NCBI GenBank assembly: GCA_963778555.1
Contig: CAVZUR010000005.1
Location: 97,756 to 161,755, forward strand
Length of the DNA stretch: 64,000 nt
Reading direction: 5' to 3'
Source of the DNA: Candidatus Moraniibacteriota bacterium
GTDB lineage: Bacteria > Patescibacteriota > Minisyncoccia > Moranbacterales > UBA1568
Part shown: positions 1-8,807 of the stretch, one piece after another
Layout of the letters: each line of letters opens with the position of its first letter
Position numbering within the stretch: the stretch's first letter is position 1
Notes under the pieces: model-generated
The model's input: the letters and a program-made list of their open reading frames with translations, nothing else
Told to the model about the DNA's origin: nothing
Databases searched by the model: none
Made by a program: the position numbers and the translations under genes

Positions 1-1620
1 GTCACCAATGGTGCAGGGAGTATTACCATCGCTTCGACTCTGGGTGTGGCTGTCGACAGCGCTGAAATCACCGACAATGACCTGGACTTCATCGATTTCC
101 AGAATACGATGGATCTCGATGCCAACCTCACCCTGAATCAGACCACATTTACTTGGGACCCAGTCCTTCACCGGCACCACAACCAATGGCTACACCTACA
201 CCGCCGCCTCCCTCACCACGGGCTACGCTATGGACCTGAACGTCAACGGTGCCGTCCTCACCTCGGTGGCGCCATCAACATCGACGGCCGACTGGCGCGG
301 CAACTACCGGCTCCTTCAAGATTACGACCACGGGGCGGTGATGGCGGGGAGCTTCAAATCTCTGCCACCGCCACGATGCCTCTATATCAATCTCGGATGC
401 CGCGGCAATGACGACCGACTGGTGATCACCCCGCCGCCCTCGCACGGCTACCAGGACTGGTCAACGGCGACGCCACCTCACCCGGGTGCGCCATCGACAT
501 GACGGAACGACCGGAGTACTGCACTGCCGGATCCTCAAGATACGACGACTGGCGCCGCGAACCGGCACTGATCTCGGGACTGCCTCCGATATGCTCGCCC
601 CTCCAGAACGTCGCCTCTACCGTAGCTAGGCACGATGACGACGACGGGCGACTTGCTCACCCTTACTGCAAACTCGGCCACTAGTGCGACGGGACTTCTC
701 ACAATTGATGGCGGTAATGCGATGACAAGTGGTGGGGCCCTCAACATCACCGGCACTACCTATAATCATGGTGCTGATTTTGAAGAAGCCACTCTCGTGG
801 CTGTTGCTTATTCCGATACGACCTCTGGCGCTTTCAACACTACCACCTACGGCCTTGCGTCAACCCGACCATCAACATCACCACCGGTGCCGGCTCCAAA
901 GACAACAGTGCTATCTTCGTTCAACCATACCTCTGTACCGGTGCCACCCATTAATGTCTGTCCGGGACTCACGGATGCTCGGACATGGAACGACCAGGCC
1001 ATAAATGTTGGTTCTGGCTGGGATACGTATTCAACTCCTTTTCGCTCGATATCTCTGGTACTGGCGCCATCACCGGAGCGACGGGGATCACCTCGAGTGG
1101 CTCTATCACCTTTAGTGCCTTTACCAGTAATGGTGGTCCGCTCTACACCAACGGTTCGGGTGTCATCGCTCAAACCACTGCCGGGACAGCGACCCAAGTC
1201 CTCCATGGCGGTACTGCTCCAAGCTTCTCGGCCATTGTTGCTGCGGATATTACCGCTGACTCCCTCGACTTCACCGAATTCCAAGACACCCTCGATCTCG
1301 ATGCGGCCCTCACCCTGAACCAGACCACCAATACCTGGACCCAGTCCTTCACCGGCACCACCACCACCGGCTTCGCCTACACCGCCACTTCCCTCACCAC
1401 TGGCTCCGCCCTCAATGTCACTACCACCAATACCGCCACCGCCAACACCGCCCTCTCACCGGTTCAGTTCAATCTGACCAATGCTCAATCCACCCTCGCG
1501 AATACAGCTGGCATCAATGGAGTGCAAGTCAACTTCACCAACAACCCATCCATTGCGGGAAACACCGAAAATGCGGTTCGGATTCAGAACCAGGTCACGC
1601 GAACGTCACAGACAATGCGG
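1..1620 (+). pseudogene. Degenerate, multiply frameshifted 5' portion (or decayed paralogous copy) of the giant repetitive surface-protein gene; at least five frame switches between frames +1 and +2
   Basis: ORFs 46-411, 230-502, 635-1318 and 985-1818 alternate between two frames but all encode the same repeat modules seen in 1481-5629 (e.g. 'SLDF.EFQDTLDLDA.LTLNQTT.TW', 'MDLNVNGA.LTS', 'GAINIDG'). Alt-frame ORF 3082-3387 inside the clean gene gives the same junk peptide as 46-411, showing region 1-500 is a copy of ~3000-3500. Confidence 0.45.
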
Positions 1621-4600
1621 TCGCTCTCTCCTCCTCCTCGACAACGCCGATACTACCGCCACTGGCACCACCATCGTCACCGATGCCATCGCCATCACGA
1701 ACTCAGGCGGATCCAACTTCACCAACTTCCTCAATACCCCGACCCTCGACATCAGTGCGGCGGGGGCCATCACCGGAGCGACGGGGATCACAAGCTCGGG
1801 GAACATCACGTTCTCTAGCCTCACCGCTGGCTCTGTCCTTTTTGCGGGGACGTCGGGTATTCTCCAGCAAGACAATGCCAACTTCTTCTGGGATGATACG
1901 AACAATAGATTGGGGATCGGCGACACCACGCCCGATGGGCGGTTCGACTTCGACCTAGCCTCCACCTCGACGACGGCCGCGAATGAATACGGCGGTAACT
2001 ATACGTTCACGGATACTGGCGTCGTCACAACCGGTACGGACAATACTATCGGAGAGTCGGTCACAGTCACTCGGACCGGCGCGACCGGCGGGACGATCAG
2101 CACGTATGGAAGCCTCATCACGGCCACCGCCGATACGGCGGGCGCGGGCACGTCTGCCATTATCGGCCAGTATGTGACGGCCTCTGGCGCCGACACCACG
2201 TATGGGTTTTACGCCAATGTGACAGGTACGACCAGCGCGACTTCCTATGGCTATCTGTCGAACGTGACTGATGCCACGACAGGTGCCAATACCAATTATG
2301 CCGAGGCGCTTCAGATAACAGACACTGGTGTCGTGACGGCAGGTACGGATATCACGGTGGGCGACTATATCACCGTCACTCGAACCGGCGCGACCGGCGG
2401 GACGATCAATACCTACGGGGACGAAATCATCATAACGACGGACAATGCTGGTGCGGGCACGAGTACTGCCACTGGTGAGCTTATCGATACCGGTACGGCT
2501 GGAACGACGAATGCCGATACGACCTACGGCCTCTATGTCGCTACTGAAGCCAATGCCGGAACGACAGCGTTTGGCATCTATGTCGATGCGGGTATCCAGG
2601 CTGGAACCGAATACGCAGGCATCTTTATGAATGGCAATGTCGGTGTCGGGGATGCGACACCTCTCTCACTCTTCACTGTCGGCAATGGTGACCTCTTCCA
2701 GGTCAATTCGAGCGGTGCGATCGCCGCTGCCGCTGGTGTCACCTCTTCCGGTACCATCACCTTCTCTGGTCTTTCCACGGCCGGTATCGTCACCAACACT
2801 GCTGGTGGCGTCCTGGGGACGACCACGGCCGTCGCCGCGACCCTCGGCGGCACGGGCTTCTCCTCCTATGCGGTGGGTGATCTCCTCTACGCCAATACCA
2901 CGACAAGTCTCGCCAAACTCGCTGATGTGGCGGCGGGCAGCTGTCTCATCTCGGGGGGTGTCGGTGTAGCACCGACATGGGGAGTGTGTGGCGCGATCTC
3001 GGCTGACTCACTGGATTTTGTCGACTTCCAAGACACCCTCGACCTCGATGCCAATCTCGTCCTCAATCAAACCACCTTTACTTGGGATCAGTCCTTCACG
3101 GGGACGACGACCAATGGTTTCACGTATACGGCGGCGTCTCTGACCTCGGGCTACGCTATGGACCTGAACGTCAACGGTGCCGCCGTCCTCACCTCGGGCG
3201 GGGCTCTGAATATCGACGGCCCGACCGGTGCCGCGGCTCAGGCGGCGGGCTCACTTTTCAAGATCACGACCACGGGAGCAGTGACCGGGACGGACGGGAG
3301 CGGCAATTCATCGCAGATCTCGAGTGCGACGGTGACCGGTACTGTGTCGTCTATCTCGGATGCCGCGGTCATGACGACGACCGGTGACCTCCTCACCCTG
3401 ACCGCCAACGCAGCGACGACCACGACCGGCCTCCAGACGATCAATGCCACTGGTCTCACCACGGGCTATGCCATGGACCTGAACGTCAACGGTGCGGCGG
3501 TGCTCACTAGCGGTGGAGCCATCAATATCGACGGTCCGACGGGCGCGGCGGCTCAGGCCTCTGGTGCGCTCCTCAACATCACGACCACGGGAGCGGTCAC
3601 CGGTACGGCCGGTATCGGCAACTCACTCCAGGTGACGAGCGCTACCGTGACAGGCACGGTCGCCTCTATCACCGATGCGGCCACGATGACCACGACCGGC
3701 AATCTCCTCACTCTCACGGGCAATGCGGCGACGACGGCAACGGGCCTCCTCACGGTGAATGCCAACGGCCTCACGACGGGGAGTGCAGTGAACATCGCAT
3801 CGACCGCGACGGGACTCACGACCGGTGGCGCACTGCAGACCATCACACATTCGGGCTCGAATGCGGCCAACATCGGTTCGCTTCTCTCGCTCCAAAACAC
3901 CGGGACAGCCAGTGGCAACATCAGCCTCCTCATCCAGCACAATGCGACGGGAACAGGTAATCTGGCGTTCCGAGTCAACGATATCGCCGGCGATACGACA
4001 CCCGTGGTCATCGATGGCACGGGCCAGTTCGGTATCGGGACAGCTGCGCCGACGACATTGTTCGAGCTGTACGGCACCGGGTCGGCGGACGCGATCGCGA
4101 CGTTGACCGCGCCGGATGCAACCTTTGATCCGATCCTGAAGTATCGCACTGGCGCCACTCCGGCCGTCCAGTTCTCGCTCGGCATCGACAACACTGACTC
4201 GGACAAGTTCAAGATCTTCTCGGGTGATGGCGTCGGCTCGGGCGATGAATTCGTCATCGATAGTAACGGTGTCACGACAATCGCCAACCTGAACCTGGGT
4301 GCGACGACCTTCGACTCGGACGCCGGCGCGATCGTCTGGACGGATATGCCGGTGACGGCGACGACCGCCGCTGCGACCGTGATGAGCTATAGCGCGCAGA
4401 TTGATGCGACGAATCTCATGACGATGTATTCCGAGAGCAACGGTACGGGCGGCATTCAGAATACGCGTGTCGGTATCCTGACGACTGCCCCGCTTGATGT
4501 GCTGCATGTAGCTGGTGATGTGCGCGTCGGTACGGGCACCACGGGCTGTGTAAAAGACGCAGACGCGACGGTATTGACGGGAACCTGCTCTTCGGACGAA

Positions 4601-5629
4601 CGATTGAAGAAGAATATCATCCCGTTTGATAGTGTCCTGGATAATCTCGCCTCATTGACGCCCGTTACCTACAACTGGAGAAGTGATGAATTTCCGGATA
4701 AGCATTTCGGAGAAGCTGTGCAGCGCGGTCTGATTGCTCAGGATGTACAACGGGTATTTCCAGAGCTTGTGAAACAGGATGACGATGGCTATCTGCAGAT
4801 TGATTTTTCGAGCATTCAGTTCTATCTCTTGCAAGGTATCAAGGAAGAATACGCGTTGATTCAAGACCAATCAAACAGTATCGCCGCATTGTCTCTGGAG
4901 ACGACAGCTAGTATCACGACCTTGTCTGAACTCGAAGCAGCCGTTGAGGGACAGTTGATACTCGCGAGCGCGAACTTCACGACGCTGGCGGAAAAAGATG
5001 CCTTGATTGATACCAAACTGACAGAACATGATACGTACTTCGCCCGCGACCTGGCGCGGCTCGACGCAATTGATGCGCTGACGGCTCAGATGGCGCTCGA
5101 TCAGAACGCAGCCGCGGCCAACCTGGTGACGCTTCAGACTGAAATGACGGTTTTGACCGAGCAAGTCGGCACGCTCATGGAATTCTTCAACACGCTGGAC
5201 CTCGGCAATATGGTCGCGAAAGACGAGCTCGGCAATGTCGACCTGCTCGGCGGCACGCTCCGGGCCACTGCGCTCGCCACTGGCGGTATCACTATCGAAG
5301 TTGCCGATGAAGAGGCTCCGACCATTGGAACAGCGATGATCCTTCCAGTCGAGACGGACGCGGACGGCGATGGCAAAGATGATGAGACTGGTTCGGACGG
5401 CAAGAGTACGAGCGTCCTGACAAAAGCAATGATCCCGATGATCAACGGCTCACGCATCTTCACGAGCTTCAAGGGCAATCCGAACGCGTTTAGCTGGATC
5501 GAAAAGATCGTCACTGATGACGGGGAGTATGTCGGATTCAAGATCCGCGTCTCGGCGCCGGTCACGGAAAAGATCAAGGTCGACTGGTGGCTGATCGAGC
5601 AGAAGGATACGTTCTCGTCGAATCCATAA
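1481..5629 (+). CDS. Giant (>1380 aa) Thr/Gly/Ala-rich repetitive cell-surface protein (β-helix/fibre-like repeats) with peptidase S74-type intramolecular chaperone (auto-processing) domain and a coiled-coil-rich C-terminal region
   Basis: Uninterrupted 1382-aa ORF. Low-complexity T/G/A/S repeats. Tandem ~106-aa repeat (318 bp) at ~3153-3470 and 3471-3788. Motif block 'SSDERLKKNI...YNWRSDEF...GLIAQDVQRVFPELV...YLQIDFSSIQFYLLQGIKEEY' (~4590-4870) matches the tail-fibre/endosialidase C-terminal chaperone (Peptidase_S74) signature. Confidence 0.75.
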   Translation: MLNPPSRIQLASMECKSTSPTTHPLRETPKMRFGFRTRSRERHRQCGRSLLLLDNADTTATGTTIVTDAIAITNSGGSNFTNFLNTPTLDISAAGAITGATGITSSGNITFSSLTAGSVLFAGTSGILQQDNANFFWDDTNNRLGIGDTTPDGRFDFDLASTSTTAANEYGGNYTFTDTGVVTTGTDNTIGESVTVTRTGATGGTISTYGSLITATADTAGAGTSAIIGQYVTASGADTTYGFYANVTGTTSATSYGYLSNVTDATTGANTNYAEALQITDTGVVTAGTDITVGDYITVTRTGATGGTINTYGDEIIITTDNAGAGTSTATGELIDTGTAGTTNADTTYGLYVATEANAGTTAFGIYVDAGIQAGTEYAGIFMNGNVGVGDATPLSLFTVGNGDLFQVNSSGAIAAAAGVTSSGTITFSGLSTAGIVTNTAGGVLGTTTAVAATLGGTGFSSYAVGDLLYANTTTSLAKLADVAAGSCLISGGVGVAPTWGVCGAISADSLDFVDFQDTLDLDANLVLNQTTFTWDQSFTGTTTNGFTYTAASLTSGYAMDLNVNGAAVLTSGGALNIDGPTGAAAQAAGSLFKITTTGAVTGTDGSGNSSQISSATVTGTVSSISDAAVMTTTGDLLTLTANAATTTTGLQTINATGLTTGYAMDLNVNGAAVLTSGGAINIDGPTGAAAQASGALLNITTTGAVTGTAGIGNSLQVTSATVTGTVASITDAATMTTTGNLLTLTGNAATTATGLLTVNANGLTTGSAVNIASTATGLTTGGALQTITHSGSNAANIGSLLSLQNTGTASGNISLLIQHNATGTGNLAFRVNDIAGDTTPVVIDGTGQFGIGTAAPTTLFELYGTGSADAIATLTAPDATFDPILKYRTGATPAVQFSLGIDNTDSDKFKIFSGDGVGSGDEFVIDSNGVTTIANLNLGATTFDSDAGAIVWTDMPVTATTAAATVMSYSAQIDATNLMTMYSESNGTGGIQNTRVGILTTAPLDVLHVAGDVRVGTGTTGCVKDADATVLTGTCSSDERLKKNIIPFDSVLDNLASLTPVTYNWRSDEFPDKHFGEAVQRGLIAQDVQRVFPELVKQDDDGYLQIDFSSIQFYLLQGIKEEYALIQDQSNSIAALSLETTASITTLSELEAAVEGQLILASANFTTLAEKDALIDTKLTEHDTYFARDLARLDAIDALTAQMALDQNAAAANLVTLQTEMTVLTEQVGTLMEFFNTLDLGNMVAKDELGNVDLLGGTLRATALATGGITIEVADEEAPTIGTAMILPVETDADGDGKDDETGSDGKSTSVLTKAMIPMINGSRIFTSFKGNPNAFSWIEKIVTDDGEYVGFKIRVSAPVTEKIKVDWWLIEQKDTFSSNP
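4590..4870 (+). other. Peptidase S74 / intramolecular chaperone auto-processing domain within giant surface protein
   Basis: Conserved S74 chaperone-domain motifs (SDERLK, YNW, GLIAQDVQ, IDFSSIQFYLLQGIKE) read directly from the translation. Confidence 0.6.
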
Positions 5630-5967
5630 CCACTCTGCGTATGTATCAAGCACTGTCGCCATGAATAAAAAAAAGCCGGATGAGCAGTGGAGCGATCCGG
5701 CAGAGCCACGAGGCTGGCAGAAGGAATAGTCATGTCCTGGGAAGGGGCGGAAGCGCGGACACTTCTCCTCTCCCAGGACAGGATCATACCACCTGTCTAA
5801 AACTCAGGAAAAAAACTTTAACCAGTTTCCTGAGGCAGTGACATTCCGCGAAAGGCGCTTTTTCGAGAAGCGCTTTTTGCGTTACTTCTTATCTTAGAGG
5901 AGTTTGTCTCATTCTGGCAAATGAAATCATGCTATTTTCTAACCCGACTACCAACCTTACGACTAAA

Positions 5968-6003
5968 TGTAACATAATTCCACGGCCGTGGAATTATGGT
6001 ACA
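5968..6003. promoter_or_regulatory. 36-bp near-perfect palindrome (core 26-bp perfect: CATAATTCCACGG|CCGTGGAATTATG); candidate operator/hairpin just downstream of the PaaX-like gene stop
   Basis: tgtaacataattccacggccgtggaattatggtaca is its own reverse complement with one outer mismatch. A second copy lies at 6640-6675. Confidence 0.5.
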
Positions 6004-6015
6004 GTGAGAAAAAGG

Positions 6016-6576
6016 CTATTTCTGTTTAAAAAAATGACGCTTCAGGTGTTCTACATCATTGAGAGTGATCACTGTGGCCACTCGGACGTATGGTTCGGCG
6101 CCGTATAAGTGGACTAATTTCAAGATAGCCGACTCATACGGGTATGGGGAAACAAAGACGCTTTGTTGAAGTTTATAAAACTCCAATGTCTGGAGATGTT
6201 CACGCAGGACGTCTCGAAATGCTCGATTGGCTTCCGGAATATCGAAGAGAACCAGGCGCCACTTCTTATCCCACGCTTTCGGCTTTCTCAAATGGATAGA
6301 ATCACCGAAAAGGCTGAGTACTTGAGCTTCACGTTGACCCTCTTTGGTCAGCACTAAGCGGTACGAACCATCCGAAAGCTTCAATTCCCTAAAGAGTTTT
6401 TGGTGCGACAGCCGACGAAGAGAACGATTGAAACTTCGCTGGTCGATCTCCTTCCATCCGGCATGGGCGAGTCTGAGCGCTCTGAAATACTGAGCGGGGG
6501 ATTGAACTGCGCCGAGCGCCACCCCAGTCAAGAGCACAAGAAGAATTTTCTGCTGTACTGGACCGAATTTATACAT
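6016..6576 (-). CDS. PaaX-like winged-helix transcriptional regulator (Cas2-fold C-terminal domain)
   Basis: 186 aa. N-terminal wHTH-like region. C-terminal 'WDKKWRLVLFDIPEANRAFRDVLREHLQTLEFYKLQQSVFVSP' matches the PaaX-family core motif (W..V.FDIPE...R...R..L...GF..LQ.SV). Confidence 0.5.
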   Translation of the reverse strand: MYKFGPVQQKILLVLLTGVALGAVQSPAQYFRALRLAHAGWKEIDQRSFNRSLRRLSHQKLFRELKLSDGSYRLVLTKEGQREAQVLSLFGDSIHLRKPKAWDKKWRLVLFDIPEANRAFRDVLREHLQTLEFYKLQQSVFVSPYPYESAILKLVHLYGAEPYVRVATVITLNDVEHLKRHFFKQK

Positions 6577-6639
6577 CGCTTTCCATGGAATTGAGTATCC
6601 GTACGACCCTTAATTCGCTACCTGTCTTTTGTATCGTAT

Positions 6640-6675
6640 TGTAACATAATTCTACGGCCGTGGAATTATGTTACA
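6640..6675. promoter_or_regulatory. Second copy of the 36-bp palindrome, 64-99 bp upstream of the PaaX-like start; candidate autoregulatory operator
   Basis: tgtaacataattctacggccgtggaattatgttaca has perfect outer arms and one central mismatch. Immediately followed by a C8-N12-G8 hairpin (6681-6707). Confidence 0.5.
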
Positions 6676-6780
6676 TCGAACCCCCCCCACCCTTCCAGAG
6701 GGGGGGGCTATGAACTCACGCACCGATAGAGTAACAGTATCGTCAACACCCCCATCAAAGGCTTTTCAAAGCACCAGCGT

Positions 6781-7879
6781 TTACTGGCCGACTTCTTTCC
6801 AGTTGAAGTCGCACGCCCGAGTACCGGGACAGGTGACAATGGTTCCGCAGCCATCATCGATGGTGAAACTTGCCACTGGGTCATTCGAGCATTTATTGAC
6901 AGAAATCGCGGTGGAACTGGCACTCGCACAGGAATTGGTCGGGACGCAGACCACGTTGGCTATCGCGAAGGCAGAAGCGTGAAGTCCGAGGTACGGCGTG
7001 ACGCTAATAGTGCTTGACCCAGTGGATACGCCTCGAGCCGTCCGTCCTCTAGGACTGCCATCGTTATTTCCCACCCTTGCGACATTTTGATTTGAGCTGA
7101 GCCAGGCGACAGCATCGGTCACATCAGTCGTACCAGTGAGGTTGCTGCAATCAATAGTTCCGCCACCGGCACGGTAATAGGCATTGAACTGGAAGGGCGT
7201 GATGCCTATAATCGCTGAGGCGGGACAAATCTTGAAATCCGCACCACCGAGAACCGTCACGGTGGCCTGTGCCGTGGTGACGCCGCTAGAATTGGTGGCA
7301 ACGAGTGTAAATATCGTGGTACTCGTCAGCAAGGGTGTTGAAATCGAGCCGATCGGTCCCAAAAACGGTCCACCAACCCCATTATCGATGAACACGGAAG
7401 TCGCACCAGGAATATTCCAGTTGAGGGTAGTAGCGGTATTGTTGGGAATGGTAGCTGGAAACGCCCAAAAGGCTCCGGGGGCGATGACGGGGGGGACAAC
7501 AGGCGCGGCGACGCTGCAGACTCCGCCGCATTGGTATGCGCCGGGACAACATTGGCCCAAGACATTGCAACTGGAACAAGGCAGGCCGTAGAGCGGCTCG
7601 ATCATGGAGGTTCAATATCGCACAGGAGGCGGGGACGACGAGTCCGCCGGCTTCGCCCGATGGAGATGTCGCCGCAATCTGGATTTCGGAAGAATACGCT
7701 GCTATGGGGGCCGAGCGGGGAGTTTGATACGAAAAGAAAAACCCACCCGCCAGGAAGGTTACGAGAGCAATTGAAAGGAAGAGAACCTTATTTTGTTTTG
7801 ATGCAATCCGGATTATTTTCCGGATTTTTTTACGCAAAGACATACCTTTTGTTTCGAGGGAATCAACACCAATCCACAA
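6781..7879 (-). CDS. Secreted Cys-rich protein with bacterial Ig-like (Big_2-like) domain(s); N-terminal signal/TM segment encoded in a different frame (apparent frameshift near 7605-7630)
   Basis: ORF 6781-7605 has Ig-like 'SGVTTAQATVTV', 'ARVGNNDGS...TISVTPYLG' and many Cys. Upstream ORF 7382-7879 (other frame) supplies 'MSLRKKIRKIIRIASKQNKVLFLSIALVTFLAGGFFF' signal anchor. Confidence 0.45.
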
Positions 7880-7921
7880 CCATAGTATACATGTTTTTCC
7901 GGCTTTTCTAAACCATGGAGG

Positions 7922-8698
7922 CTATTTGTCAAGTAGCCCGAGATTATGTCGGATGACACTTCGAGTTTCCTCGAGACCGGCCGCGTAGAGGGCTGGATCA
8001 TTTCCCGGATACGCCCGGCCCCAATCAGTTGGGCTCATGTGTTCGCTTGCGAGGAGTGCGGTCTCTAGAGCCTTTCGAGCAGCTTCTTTTTCTCCAAGAT
8101 TGAGGAGCGCGGTACCATAAATGTTGTTCAGCCAGGGATTGCCGTGAGCCTGTCTGAGGCCGGCTGCTGCTGTGTCGCGAGTCTTTTCATACTCACCTAG
8201 CTTGAAGTAAATCCACGCCAAGTCGTTGTAGCCGGCCCAATTGAAGGAATCGCGTTTGATGAATTCGCTGAATCCCCAGATTGCGCTTTCATAGTCGCCT
8301 CTATATCCACTAATGAGCCCCTGCATATAGTAGGCCCGCTTGAATTCAGGATCTATACGGAGTACGGTGTCCATCTCAATCCGCGCCGATTCGAATCTTC
8401 CACTGATGAAATGGATGCGTCCGAGCTGGAAATGCGCTTCCAAAAAATCAGGATGTAATTCAATCGCTCTTGTGTAAGCAGACTCCGCTTTCTTAATGTC
8501 ATATGCTTCTCCATCCCCGAAATAGCTATCGCCGATTTTTAGAAACAGATCTGGATTGCTACGATTAACGAAAGTGGCAACCGTTTCCAACCCAAGACCG
8601 GGCCAGAAGGAATAGAGTTGCGGGATATGGAAACATGCGTAGGTACTGGAGAAAAGGGCAATAACAGTCCCAACCAACAGCACAGTGGAGGGCCTCAT
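7922..8698 (-). CDS. TPR-repeat protein with N-terminal membrane anchor
   Basis: Multiple TPR-like repeats (AYTRAIELHPDFLEAHFQLGRIHF..., RAYYMQGLISGYRGDYESAI..., YNDLAWIYFKLGEYEKT...). N-terminal hydrophobic helix. Confidence 0.7.
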   Translation of the reverse strand: MRPSTVLLVGTVIALFSSTYACFHIPQLYSFWPGLGLETVATFVNRSNPDLFLKIGDSYFGDGEAYDIKKAESAYTRAIELHPDFLEAHFQLGRIHFISGRFESARIEMDTVLRIDPEFKRAYYMQGLISGYRGDYESAIWGFSEFIKRDSFNWAGYNDLAWIYFKLGEYEKTRDTAAAGLRQAHGNPWLNNIYGTALLNLGEKEAARKALETALLASEHMSPTDWGRAYPGNDPALYAAGLEETRSVIRHNLGLLDK

Positions 8699-8807
8699 TT
8701 TGAGAGTCAGAGAAGTGATGGAATCCGTGATTTTATTCATGCATGATTCCAGTATAATATATCATGTTGAGATAGTATTTTTGCAGAAAAAACAGTTGTC
8801 GTTGTGT

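Noticed and set aside
3553-4507. Long antisense ORFs (244 and 294 aa) on the minus strand inside the giant surface-protein gene
   Set aside because: They lie wholly within a GC- and repeat-rich sense ORF with clear domain content. Their translations are Arg/Pro/Val-rich junk typical of antisense frames in high-GC repeats.
5968-6675. Palindrome pair as terminal inverted repeats of an IS element
   Set aside because: No transposase ORF lies between them. The 560-bp cargo encodes a wHTH regulator only, and each repeat is internally palindromic, as operators or hairpins are, rather than a simple TIR.
6668-6982. 104-aa plus-strand ORF beginning in the C8/G8 hairpin region
   Set aside because: Overlaps the 3' end of the Ig-like protein gene on the opposite strand. 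It has low-complexity composition and no start context.
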